The notes under the pieces are model-generated. The model made no database searches and was not told the origin of the DNA. It saw nothing but the letters and a program-made list of their open reading frames with translations. DNA of 64,000 nt from Felis catus (lineage: Eukaryota), in the NCBI RefSeq assembly GCF_018350175.1, contig NC_058368.1, forward strand, positions 199,828,001-199,892,000, read 5' to 3'. The position numbers and the translations under genes are program-made. Numbering within the stretch: the first letter of the stretch is position 1; every line of letters starts with the position of its first letter. Below are positions 50,855 to 63,604 of this stretch, piece after piece.

Positions 50855-51076
50855 AAAAATTTTTTTTTTAATGTTTATTTACTTTTGACAGAGAGAGAGA
50901 GAGACAGAGCATGAACGGGGGCGGGTCAGAGAGAGAGGGAGACACAGAATCTGAAACAGGCTCCAGGCTCTGAGCTGTAAGCACAGAGCACGACGCAAGG
51001 CTCGAACTCACAAACCGCGAAATTATGACCTGAGCCAAAGTCGGAGGCTCAACTGACTGAGCCACCCAGGCACCCC
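50855..51076 (-). mobile_element. SINEC SINE inside the probable ITGA1 3' UTR (sense to ITGA1)
   Basis: TSD aagaatatactt at 50843-50854 and 51077-51088. Confidence 0.93.
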
Positions 51077-52040
51077 AAGAATATACTTTTATTTAATCAA
51101 CAATTCACTTGTGCAAAGTACATGTGTTAGTATTGTGTGTGGGTACAATGTGGTCTAAGGAAGCCTGTGGTATTTTAAGGAGGAAGGATGTATATATAAA
51201 AGATAAAGAACTTCATTTCCTCTCCCCTTCCCCCCCAATTTTTTTCTTTCTGTCTTTCAAGATGCAAGATGCCTGAGGGGCATGACAGGAAGATGGCCGC
51301 CTGGCATTGGACCTACCATGCAGCTATCTCCCAGAAAGCCATCATTAGCTTTTGTGTGGGGCTTCCCTTTTGCTTGGCTACTCTGTGGAGGAACAATTAT
51401 GTCACTCAGTTTTCCTCATTCAATCTCTCTCTTAAAAAATGGGGGTGGGAACAGGTAATGTCAACTGGGAATTGTTCAAGAGGATACCTGGCTTTCAGTC
51501 GTTAGTATTTGGAAGATTCCTTTAAAAATTTTTTTCCCCCAGTCTATACGCACAGATTAAGCATTGAGTCTCAGTATTTTGCAGAAGAGCTTGTAAGATT
51601 CCGCTTAGTCTTTTTTTTTTTTCATAAAGATGTGACTTGAAATATGGTAAAATCAAATATCATCATAGTCAGGAGTGTCACCAGTCCCTAGTTTACTGCC
51701 ATGCTTTCCATGATGTGTCAGGTAATTAAAGGATTTCTGAGTGTCAACTCATCAGAAAGAACATGCAACTACTCAAGGACCTGCCAGGGGCACAAGGCTT
51801 ACAGTGGCCTTGCCAAGGAAGTTCCAAATCGAAACTAAACATCCCCACTGTGCAGAAGAAACCGACTGGAAGGCAGAAGGCAGAGACATCCTGCAAATGG
51901 ACTCCGGCTCATTTCAATGCCCAGTCCTCAAGGCATTCACATTCGCCAGCTTGTGGCAGGAGAGAAATGCAAGGAAGTCTTACATCAAGTTCTGAATTCA
52001 TTGGTCATGGTAGAAAGGTTTTGATATATTTAAAAAGGCA

Positions 52041-52104
52041 AAAAAAAAAAAAAAAAAAAAGAAAGAAAGAAAGGAAGGAAGAAAGAAAAAAAAAGAAAAG
52101 AAAA
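52041..52104. repeat. A-rich / (GAAA)n tract
   Basis: Long A run followed by gaaa units; U-rich in the ITGA1 sense. Confidence 0.9.
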
Positions 52105-53562
52105 GCTGACCTCAAAGCAGAGTACATTTGAAGTGATAACACACCCTTTGTATTTTTCAGTATGGTAAATTTTCAGCAAGAAGTGCTTCTGTGTGTATCT
52201 GATATGAGGTGGGGCCAGGTTGATCCTGGGGTGTAGTGGATTCAGGGGTTAAACTCAGTCCTTTTAGCCTTTTTTAGAGGCAGAAGCATCCATTCCCATC
52301 AGTTGAGAAATGGACCTCTTGGTGCCAGATGTCGTCAGGGACAAGGGGGCTGGGGCTTAAGGGCCAACATAGGGTCCTTTAGATTTCTTCAAGCTTAATG
52401 GTTACAGGCTGTTACTTGGAATTTCTAAATTCAAGGTTAAATTTTAATATGAGGATCAAAGATACTGACTTGTTCACCAGATTACAAGGTCAGTTGTTAG
52501 CTCTATTTTTATTTTACATAAGATGTTGCACAATAGTGCTTCCATTTGGGAGACAGCAGAATATAGCCTTTTGTAATGTACTACAGAGTTAACTTCTTGG
52601 GATGGTTTCAGAAGTTCTACATTGGAGAGGTTTAGCGACAGCAGTTTAACATTAAAAGGGGTTGCCCAGTGGACTTACCTTAAAGATATGTTTGCATTAA
52701 AAAATCTGCTGTTAACAAATTAAGCTAAAAATAGCATCAGTCTGACAATTTTAGAGACTTCTTTTTAATTTTTTGGATTATTATGTCCATGGGTGAGGAT
52801 GGGGATTGTGGGGTGCTGATAGCTACATCCTAGAAGCCCTTCCTTCAACCCTTGGCATAGTTGCTGATGGTGTCCCATAAAGGTTTGTAAATCTGTTAAA
52901 GATGTCCCATCTCTGAAGTACAAGGAATTTTGTCCCTATTACATTATACCTATACCATGTCATCCCTTGATTGTGTCACAGAAGAACCGAGGACTGAAAT
53001 TCTATATAAATGATCAGTTCACTGAAGCTGGTATTCACAGCAAACAGAGAGCACATGTTTTGAACAGATTTTTCTCCAATAGTCCTCTAGAAAATCTCCC
53101 TTGGTGGGGGCTGGGGCGGGTAACTAATGAGGAGGACTTGAGAACTGCCGAAAATAAATGAAGGATGCAGAGGATATTATTTTTTAAAAATAACTTTCCA
53201 GAAGTCTCTCTTTGGACAATAACGTGATTGCACCTAGCACATGAACCATGTTCTGAGCCTGGGTCTTCCCTAGTTTTCTCAGTGTTGTGCAAAGCACGAT
53301 AGGTAATTCACACAGAACAGATTACAACATGTTTGATAAAGACATTACCCCCTACGAAGGCACACTGTACGGAATGGCGGGGCAGCCATTCACACTGTAC
53401 AAGCCGTGGCCCTTCCAGAGAATGCCTAGAGAGATGTGTGCACGACTTCTCACAGCCGCTACAACCCAGCTCTACTCCAGCACTGTGCAGCCACCTTTTG
53501 CTTTTGGCGCAGATTTGTTTTCCAATTGAGTCTACATACTGGTTTTGTAAAAGGAAAAGAGA

Positions 53563-53660
53563 ATATATATACATATATATACATATATGTGTGTGTATAT
53601 ATATATATGTATATATACACATATATATTTATAGGTATTTGCATATATAGGTACATTTAT
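53563..53660. repeat. Compound (TA)n/(TG)n/(CA)n microsatellite
   Basis: Seen directly. Confidence 0.9.
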
Positions 53661-54229
53661 TATGGTTGAGTAAGCATCAAATTTTGCAAAAAATTCTCCC
53701 CCACAAGACTCATTTCAAGTGTATTTATGAAATGGAAATATTCAGATTAAACTGCCCATGACTTTACAGCTCAGAGAAAATAAGTGAATAAATTGGACCA
53801 CTGAATTTCAAATTGGATCATAGAAATCACAAATATTTGCAAAGGATGAACTTTCACACTATTGCTCCAGGGCAATGGACTCCTAGAGAAGGTGAAGCAG
53901 CTTCTTAGTGGTTTTGAAGTTCCGATTTTCACTGTGTCGCCCTTCAGATTTTCTTGGTTTCAATTCTTGCTGCTTCTGAAAGTTTATATAATTTTAATAA
54001 TATTAAAGGAAGGCTATAATTTTAGAAGTTGAAGTTAAAGAATGGGAAACCATGTGGCATTATGTCTGCTGGGCTTGAGATGAGCATTTTAAGGATAATT
54101 TGAAATATGATGATATTGTGTGTATTTGTGTATCTATCTATCTATATATTCAACATGTTATATCTCTGTATATCTATATCTATTTATCTATCATCTATCT
54201 ATTGCCTATTATTGTCATCTAATCTATTT

Positions 54230-54438
54230 CAATGGTGTGCTGAAGCCAGTTCATACTGGTTCACGGGACCTGACAGATTAATTTTCAGGAGTTTTGTTAA
54301 GATGGTAGGGTTATATCAGTAGCTTGAAAATGGCCATGACAAGACTATTTAGGTCATGGAAATTGGCAAATGACACAAATCAGGGAATTTGTTTTCCTCC
54401 TGGAGAGCCAGTTATTGAATAATTTACCAATATACCTT
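54230..54438 (+). mobile_element. MER63-like hAT MITE
   Basis: caatggtgtgctgaagccagttcatactggttcac...gagagccagttattgaataatttaccaatatacc. Confidence 0.65.
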
Positions 54439-57069
54439 TCTAAGTTTAGTCTGGAAAGGGACTTCATACATATGTAAGTTCACAATGGAAGAAATAGTCA
54501 ATTTTATAAAATACCAAAGTTAAAAAAAGTTTCTGGAATAAACTCATAGTTTTAAAAAGGACTCACTTTTCTTATTAAGTGCTTTAGAATAAAATGGTAG
54601 AGGTTAGTATATTTCTTGATCATTGACTATGTTTTAGAACATGTGTACTGCTGACTTATTCTAATCAGAACCTCCACATTTGCATCTTTTACATAGTTGC
54701 AGAACTGTACATTAAAGTTAAATATTAATAAAAATGAAAACTATATGCAAAGTGGATGAATGAAACTTTCCTTGGTGGTGTAGCTTTTGTGTTTATTTTT
54801 TGTCCTTTTTGTCAAACCCTGTCATTTGGTATTATTGAGATATTTTGTATTTGATTTATGTTTGCACATTCATGTGGGTGTATGTACATGTGTGTTTACA
54901 CACACAGATGCTCACACACATAAAGCTCAACAAGTTATAGTATTAGGGATGATGGATATCTGGTCCACTAAATTCTATTTAAAAACCGGGAATGATTGAT
55001 GTTAAAAACTGTGCCATGATTATAAGTACCTATTTGATCTGGCCCAGCAGTTCTCCCTGTCTTTTCTAAAAAATTCAAAATGACATTGTTTCCATCTTTT
55101 CCCTCTTGGTCAACACCATATTTAGTTAAGATGTACACACTCCTGGTTTGGTGGATGCTTTGCCTAGCAGTCATGGAGGCCACGTGTGAATTTAAGTTTA
55201 CCTGCTAGATTTATTTCTGAGAATGTGTTGAGATTGGAGCAGAGCTGCTGAATAGGCTATGCACAGGAGTTGTGCAGCACGGTGACTCTGAACAAGAGAG
55301 ACCTGAGTTTTATTGGGCAAAGAAATAATAGGTGGAAAGCATGATTTCTGAACCCGAGATAGATAGTGGGAATGAAGGAAATTCCCAAAGTAGACTTTTC
55401 TCAACAATGACAGGCCAGCAGGAGGCTATCAAACCTCTGGAAAGATTGCGCTTTTCTTAGGGTACTGATGACCTGGGCACTCCCCAGGTGCAAGGTTTTG
55501 ATTGTCAGGATCTTAGATGTAGATGTGGAGCGCCACGAGGCAGGCCGACGCTGAGTTCTCAGATAATTCCTTGGAAATTATATTAAAAAATTAAATCTAT
55601 GGCATTTAATTTCTCCCTTGATTTGATGTTTTTTGAGAAAAGTAGAGTCCAGAACTTTCTGGATAAGGTTCTGGACAGATGCTGGTCTTGTGATGGTCAG
55701 CCAGGTGGAGAGATGGAGTTGTTGCAGAAGAATCAGCTAATTTTACAGCAGTAGTTCACACATGCGGCTACGATACATTCATTCATTGTTATTTTCCTAA
55801 GCAACGGAGCAACCCAGGAGCTTATGCTACAGTAGAGTCCAAGGCACCGTGATAATTACTTCAGGAGCAAAGAAGCTCATATAGAGGTGTGATCTCTTTC
55901 TGTCGGTGCGAGGTTTCAAAGCTAAAGTTCTTTAAAATTCATTTCTGGAGTTCTATTTAAATACTGATATGCCACACTTATAAAGCAGTGTCTTCTTGGT
56001 AAAATGCAATATTGAAATGGAATACTGCCTTTCGTAAACATAAGAAATGTGTTTCAAAAGTTAAATACCTTTTAAAAAATGAAAAATAAACATACTCTCA
56101 CAGCTTGAGGGTTTAAATGAACCATGTACCAAGGAGCTGAGAAAACTCCTACTTTTGGTACATCCTGGAACCCCTAACGTTCAAAAGTTGCCCAGCAAAG
56201 ATGACTTCAGCATTTCCGTGGCATCTGCCTAAGCTGCCATGTTCCGCTCAGAAGCCATCTTAGCATATCCCACACACAACATGGCTTTTCATGACAAATC
56301 GCTGGTATGCCACACAAAACTGCCGTGAAGTGTTGTTTTCAGCATAAAGTTTTGAGTTTTAGGGCTCAATATCAAAATGAAACATGTTCTGTGAAAGCTT
56401 AAATTAATCCATTCAGTGCACTGCTTTTAATCAAGTCACTCTTAGTTTTCCTTCAGCTCAAAGTTTCCAAACACTTTGGAAAAAAAATTTTTTTCCAAGT
56501 ACAGAACCCAACACAAAGATGCTAATGTATTCTCTGTGATTTAATTATATTTTCAGTCCATATTTTATATATACTCTACCCAGGAAAAATTTCTCATTTG
56601 AATAGGGGGAAGTTATCTTTTTCAGTTAACCTTTTCTTGTCATTTACAAATGTTGACTATCATGCTGAATGTGAATATCCATCAGGAATCAATGGAAAAA
56701 AGCTTAACTTATCAATGATCATAAAAATCTTTTTATGCATTCCTTAAATACTCTGAATGCTGATTTAATATGTAAACATATTTGTACAGGTTAATCTTCA
56801 TCTTCGAAACACTTTGTAATTTTACTTAAATAATACACATGAATAATTATTTTAAAATATTTTTCATCATTTTATAAAATATATTTTTATGGTATTGTTT
56901 TTGGATCTTCTTTGACTTATCACTTTCCAAGTGATTAATCCCTGATGGATTACATAAAGTTATGTGACTATGTCTTTAATTGTATCTATACATTTCTTGT
57001 CACATATTTGAGGCAAACCTGAGGATAGATCATCAAATAATTATTATTATTTTTCTCCTGTAAAATATG

Positions 57070-57114
57070 TCATTTTTCCATTTTCTTCTTTAGTGGTCTT
57101 TTGAAGAATCCAAT
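57070..57114 (-). CDS. ITGA1: Integrin alpha-1 last coding exon: IGFFKRPLKKKMEK*
   Basis: Acceptor ttcttaacag|ATT GGA TTC TTC AAA AGA... with TGA at 57072-57070. Contains the integrin alpha GFFKR motif and the ITGA1 tail PLKKKMEK. Confidence 0.97.
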   Translation of the reverse strand: MGFFKRPLKKKMEK

Positions 57115-57880
57115 CTGTTAAGAAAATATCAAACACAATACAATTAATTATTTGAATTTAAGTAATAAATACTAAAGCCCTTGGATAAAATTTAATACTA
57201 TGCTAGTGATTTGGGCAGGCAAATAATTAATAATACAAATAATTAATAAAATTGAGAAAGGTTTTTTTTTTCATTGACCTATTAAGTAATATTGAATGTC
57301 AAGAAATGACATTTATTAGGTTGTTGTTTCATTTTAAACTTTTTTTGTTGGTTAAATATATCATGTCTCCCAGTAAGAACTAGTACATGTGGTGAATTAA
57401 CTTAAAAACGTTTTGGGAAAATATTTGGGAGGCATGCAAGCTACAGTCAGCTGGCACTAAATGGCATTTTGCCGTCATCTTTTTTTTCAGGGATGTGGCA
57501 GAGAAATTCCATCAAATAACCTCATAAATTGAGGTCTTTAGAGCTGGTGGGGAATCTGGTACATGCATTATGACTGAGAGGTTAGGGAGATATGAATTGT
57601 CTGAATAACTTTAAATGTGTCAGGACATCTGCCTTTATAGACTTGACAGGAAATACCTCTTGAAAACATGCTGGATAATTTGGATATAAGAAACATATTT
57701 CTGAACATATAAGAAATTTCACATAGGGGTGAATGTGGGTAACTTTTCATTATACCTTGTAATTTGGGACATTATAAAAATTATAAGTGCTTTATATATT
57801 TCCTATTGTATATTATAATAAAAGTAAGTATAGGGGCTGGAAGGGACCTTTGTAATAATCTAATCCAAAATGTGGGTATT

Positions 57881-58099
57881 GTATTTTATTTTTAAAGTTT
57901 ATTTATTTTGAGAGAGCGCTAGTGAGCATGAGTGGGTGAAGGGCAGAGAGAGAGAAAGAGAGGGAGAGAGAGAATCCCAAGAAGACTCCCCACTGTCAGC
58001 ACAGAGCCCAATGCAGGGCTCAATCCCACGAACTGTGAGATCATGACTTGAACAGAAATAGAGTTGGACGCTTAACTGAGTGAGCCACCCAGGCACCCC
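57881..58099 (-). mobile_element. SINEC SINE (left arm of an inverted pair)
   Basis: Head at 58099; degenerate TSD atgtgggtatt/atgtggacatt. Confidence 0.92.
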
Positions 58100-58129
58100 A
58101 CATGTGGACATTTTAAATAAGAGGAAATC

Positions 58130-58338
58130 GGGGTGCCTGGGTCAGTCGGTTGAGCATCTGACTTCAGCTCAGGTCGTGATCTCATGGTCTGTGGGTTCGA
58201 GCCCCGAATCGGGCTCTGTGCTGACGGCTCAGAGCCTGGAGCCTGCTTTGGATTCTGTGTCCCTCTCTCGCTCTGCTTCTCCCCTGCTCATGCTCTGTCT
58301 CTCTCTCTCTCAAGAATAAATAAAACATTTTTTTTTTA
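58130..58338 (+). mobile_element. SINEC SINE (right arm of an inverted pair)
   Basis: Head ggggtgcctggg at 58130; flanks aagaggaaat/aaaaggaaat. Confidence 0.92.
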
Positions 58339-61300
58339 AAAAGGAAATTAAGGGTCTTTCTATTTTTTTGTAAATTTCAGAGTAGATTATAATAGTTCAA
58401 GCAGACAACAAGTTAGTTCTTTGAAAGTGTGATATGCTCATATTATTTTAATCAGGAAGCTATGGTAAATTTGCAAGGGAATGATATATTCAAAAATAAT
58501 TATTGAATAACTGAGGGCTTACAAGGCATAAATGGTCAAAAGTATGCATTTTTAAGTGAGAGAAGTTAACTTTTTTATGTTTTCCATCATGCCAGAATCT
58601 AGTTGAGGCATCTAGTGGCAGATGAGGCAAAGACAACAGAACAAATAAGCACGAGAAAAAAACCAATGAATCTGTCCCTCTTCTAATGGCAGTTCTATAT
58701 GTCTCAGGTTTTTTCTTTGAGCCAACAATAAAAGTACTGGATTCACAAACCATCAAGCCCCTTAACTTGTGTCCGCATGTCCTAAGTCAAAAATTAATCA
58801 GATGAGGCTTTCACAGAAATAGGTGGTGAATTGTAACACTTTTCTCTCTCCTGCTCTACCCTGCTCTTTATCTCCTGTCCTTTCCCTCTTAAGTCTTTTT
58901 GCATCTTTCCAACTTTCCTTTGCTTTCACACCCTAAATGCTCTGTTTTAAAACTTAATTGTGTTATCTGAACTTTTCAACCCAACAAATTCTATTAAGTT
59001 GGGCCCTTAGTGGAAGTTGGGTCATAGGAGTGGAGAGTAGGTGAATGTAGAACATAGCTTCAAACCAGTGAAGGCTAATACTAGCCAAGGTTAAAAACAA
59101 GTTAAGTTTGTTTTCAGTGTCCAGACTTACAACTTTCACTTTCCTTCTTTGTCTTTTAGTATTTACTTATCAGTAAGTGCTAGATCTTATTTATGCTTCC
59201 CTAGTTCAAAACCCTATGGCAAAGGGTCAAAGTAAATAGTACCCGGTAGAAAGTATGTGCTTATTGGCTATAATATGCAATAAATGTTGAATAGATACAT
59301 TGATACTAATATACCAAAAACTAAAAAATTGTAGTGCTATTCCCTATCCACATCCACCAAAGATAGGAATATTGGATGAGGAACAAAGCTTTAGGACTTG
59401 TAAATAAATCATCAGTGATGGAACCTCAGGCATTGCTATGAAATCAAGCTAAGAGAAAGATGTTCTTCTTTCTTAGGGTTCCTCTGTGGGCTGAGTCTCA
59501 TTCCATTCTATTGGTTATATTGGCCTGACTGAGTTTCCCCCTCAACATGTGGTACTATATTCCAGGACATGTTTCTCAGTCTATTTAGATCTGTGCCCCC
59601 TAAAAGCCTTCTCTCTTCAATATTAAGTGTCTTAAGCTGTTTACTAAGATTTTGTCAAATTTCTATTTCTGCCATGTGTACTATAATGATAAATTATATA
59701 AAGACTGTGCCTTTTGAAATAGATTCACAGCTCCAGTAAGAATCTTTGGCCTGTCTCCTGTATGGAGCCAGGAAGTTCCCATGAACTTCTAGAGTGCTCA
59801 GATTTGGAAGGAGGAGAAAGAAGGGACAGTCCTGGGGTTTCTGCTCAAGGTATAATTAGTATAAAAAGATCCCTGGGAATAACAGTAGCTTTTCTGAGTC
59901 TACTATAGACCAAATACATGCTTCAGGGATGTTCAAAATGACTTTAAAACAGGAGGAGGGGCGATTAATCTTTTTAGCATAATGGATCTGCTGAAAGACT
60001 GAATCCAACTAGAGACTCTCATTCTAAAACAAAATATTTTTATACATTTCAGAGAGTTCATGACCCTCTTGAACAAAACCCAATTCCTGGAGCTCCAGAA
60101 TGAAGAGCCCTGCCTCATAGCCTGCAGCAGTGGGATGTATTGGAAAAAGGATGGGTGTTGCTGAAAGATCATTGCTTGAATCCAGTCCCTTAGTAGCTGA
60201 TAATCTTGGGAGATTTACTTAACCTCTCTTTGCTTTAATGTTATCAAGTATAAAATGTAGTCAAAGTACTCAATTGAAAAGGTTGTAAGGACAACAGAGT
60301 GAACAAAAGACAGAGAGAACATAGAGCAAGGGGTTCATAGTGTTGGCAATGAAGTGAAATGGTCTGGGTTGAGGTCTTTACTCTGAACCTGATAAACCAT
60401 GTGGCCTCGGGAACATATGTATGCCTCAAATTTCTCATTAAGAAAATGAGGTTCACAGTAGTGTCTTTCTCAAGGTTTGATGTTAATATTACAGTGGAAA
60501 AGCTGAAAACAGTTCCTGGCACGCAGAAAGCTCTCAGAAGTCCTAATTCCTTTGTTTCTGTGGAGTCACAGTTCTGATTGAGGCATCTCCCACTGAACTG
60601 GTTGAACTAAATGTACCTACTGGTTACAGCAGTCCAAAGGTTGCTAAATTACTTTCCTTCCTGGGCCTAAAAAGATCTAAGAAGCCAGAAGAATGTATCA
60701 AAAAAACGCTGATTGTATGGAAGGATGTGTTTATTTTTCCTTTTATGCTTTTTCAGATTGGTGGTCAAAAAACCAAATAAGTGGATAAAACTTATTTGTT
60801 TTAAGCAGACATGCCACGGGAGAAAACCTATCCAAATATCAGCTCTGGCTTTCCTTTTCTCTTTGTCAGCCAGGTCCTAAGTCTATATGGGCAAGTGCAG
60901 TGCTCAGAATAGATCACACTGGAAGAAATCAACAATAAAACACTCTCTGTAACAGAGGTGCATGTAAATGAAGAAACCACATTCTAGGTTTCAAGCACAA
61001 CCTCAGCACCACTAAGCCAGGTCTTGGGTACCACAGTGTGGCAAAGCCAGGTATTACAGACACAGCACTGGTAACGCCTAAGAGCTGGAGGTTTGAGAAA
61101 GCAAGGAATTAATCCTGTCTTAGAGACTTTGCTGGAAATGCTACTGGTCTACATCTCTAACATGGTTTTGTTTGTCATCCCCTCTCAGTGTAAACCACCC
61201 CCCAAAAGAGGAAGTTATTTATTTTAAGAGAGTCAAAAGGATAGGAACAGCTGGAAATTTGATAGGACAGAAATTTATTATTTGAACTGTTTGATTAAAA

Positions 61301-61532
61301 GAGAATTCTACTGCTCAGGTATTAGAAAAAGGAATATATAGCCATATCCTGCATTTTTAACAGAGTTTAGCTATTTAATAAAACAATTTGATAAAATATA
61401 GGGTGATACTATGTTAGAATAAATACCAATTTGATGTTTAATTGGAAGAACATTAAATTCAACTTTTCTACGGGATTTAATTCTCTATTAAATTTGGTGC
61501 AAATGCTGTCATCTAAGTTCTGCTTAATTTTA

Positions 61533-61609
61533 TTTTATTTTATTTATTTAACTTTTTAAAATTTTATTTATTTCTTTTGAGAGAGACAGAGCACACACAG
61601 GGGAGGGGT

Positions 61610-61642
<33 letters not shown>

Positions 61643-61764
61643 ATCCAAAGCAGGCTCTGTGCTGACAGCAGAGAGCCTGATGCGAGGCTCGAACCCACGA
61701 ACCATGAGATCATGACCTGAGCCGAAGTCAGATGCTTAACCAACTGAGCCACCCAGGCACCCCT
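61533..61764 (-). mobile_element. SINEC SINE
   Basis: Flanking TSD agttctgcttaatttta. Confidence 0.92.
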
Positions 61765-62339
61765 CAGTTCTGCTTAATTTTAAAATGATGCAGCTAAGAG
61801 TTTGAAAAATCTCACATACCTCAGTATAAGCAAACATCTATGTAAATATGCAGATTTATCCAACAGAAATAGTTTCACAAGAGTATATGAAATAGGAGTC
61901 AGTGAAACAGTAATCTTTCTCTTTCCATCAACTAATTAATAAATTTCTCATCTCTTACTCAGGCACACAACTATTGCATAAAATGTGGTATATTTCTTTA
62001 TATATTAAAGAAATCTTAGTTTTTAAGATGCATAGAGGTATGTGATTAGGATAATGCTCATCCTAACTATTCTATTGCTTATATATTCTTAAACTTATAG
62101 AGGAATTCATTCTTTTCTTTTATTTTTTTTAATAAAAGAGAGGTTTCATTCTTCTTTCCTTATAAACATTTACAATTCCCAATATTATAGACATATAAAG
62201 GTCCCTTATAAGCCCAACCTCTAGAGAGATCCATCATGATTTTTGGATTTTTTTTTTCTTTTACAAAACTGAAATTAAGTTGTGCATAGTGTTTGAGATA
62301 TACATTTTTAAAAAAATTTGTTTTGGTCCCATCATTTCA

Positions 62340-62544
62340 ATATGTTTATTTCCTTTTTATTTTAGAGAGAGAGAGAGACAGCACTAGTGAGGGAGAGAGG
62401 CAGAGGAAGAGAGAGAGAATCTTAAACAGGCTCCATGTTCCACATGGAGCCCAACGCAGGGCTCTATCCCATGACCCTGGGATTAGGAACTGAGCCGAAA
62501 CCAAAAGTTGGACACTCAGCCGACTGAGCCACCCAGATGTCCCT
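62340..62544 (-). mobile_element. Older SINEC SINE about 120 bp downstream of the ITGA1 TM exon
   Basis: SINEC head at 62544, (CT)n and AATAAA-containing tail. Confidence 0.85.
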
Positions 62545-62660
62545 CAGTATTTTTAATAGCTGTCTAATATTGTATTGCACAGCACGGATAAATCATAATT
62601 CATTTCACCAATTTGCTGTTGGTAGTTGAAATAGGAAATCAAAGGAACTTCGGTGCTTAC

Positions 62661-62777
62661 CTTCCACAGTGCTAATATGAGCAGCATTAACAGCAACAAT
62701 CCAGCAAAGGCACTCAACAGGATGACCCATAATGGCACCCTGCCTGGTAGTCCATCTTTGGATATTTGAATAGCAAA
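62661..62777 (-). CDS. ITGA1: Integrin alpha-1 penultimate coding exon (transmembrane): FAIQISKDGLPGRVPLWVILLSAFAGLLLLMLLILALWK
   Basis: 117 nt, phase 0-0, acceptor ttttcag| and donor AAG|gtaagc. Matches the recalled human ITGA1 juxtamembrane and TM sequence. Confidence 0.97.
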
Positions 62778-63379
62778 CTGAAAATCATTAAACAAGACTG
62801 TTAACATCAATAAACACCTATTATAACTCCTGGTATATTGAGTTCTTACAGGGTATAATTTTATACCAAACAATGTACTCAATCTGATTACTACATACAG
62901 AAAAAACATTGAGTTTACATTTAGAAATGCCCTTCCTCTATTCAACACCTCTAACCGTGTCAAATTTATTGTTACCAAAAATATTTATAATATCATGCTT
63001 TAGAAATTTATATATACAGAGTAAATTTCCTATGAATCAGAATGTTCAGGAGCAGAGGTGAATTTAACTCAGTGAGAACAATAAGTATTATTGATTCATT
63101 GATTCATTGATCGACTTTAGTGCATAGTCACAGTCGTAAAAATTTAGGCTGAAATGTCACCACAGGTTGACATAAAATCCTGAGTAGGTCTTCTTCTAAT
63201 TTTAATCCTAATGTGATTTTTTTTGTCTACAAATTTATATATAACTTTCATATAGCAAAATGCATAAATCTCAAGTGTACAAATTAATTTTTGCACATAT
63301 ATTCACCTTCATGTACATTTTATTATACCACACTGTCTCTTCCAGTACTTATCTTTAGTCAATATCTATAAATCAGTTC

Positions 63380-63604
63380 TTTTTCAATTTTTTTATGTTT
63401 GTTATTGACAGAGAAAAAGAGAGAGAAAGAGAGACAGAGCTTGAGTGGGGGAGGGGTAGAGAGAGAAGAAGGCACAGAATATGAAGCAGGTTCCAGGCTC
63501 CGAGCTGTCAGCAGAGAGCCCAATGCAGGGCTCGAACTCAAACTGTGAGATCATGACCTGAACCAAAATGGGAAGTTTAACACACTGAACCACTCAGGTG
63601 TCCC
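63380..63604 (-). mobile_element. SINEC SINE
   Basis: SINEC body; flanks aatat(ct)ataaatcag. Confidence 0.9.

Larger units (their letters stand above)
50465..57069 (-). other. ITGA1: Probable long ITGA1 3' UTR (about 6.6 kb to the distal poly(A) site)
   Basis: Repeat-poor AU-rich DNA after the stop codon, ending at an AATAAA with upstream UGUA motifs and a downstream U-rich element. The end point is inferred; shorter isoforms are possible. Confidence 0.6.

Noticed and set aside
53287..53669. Overlapping ORFs with YIYI/HTHI runs
   Set aside because: Produced by the TA/CA microsatellite inside the probable ITGA1 3' UTR.
62778..62978. N-terminal part of the 141-aa ORF 62553-62978
   Set aside because: Intronic read-through upstream of the ttttcag acceptor; similarity to ITGA1 starts only at FAIQISKDG.
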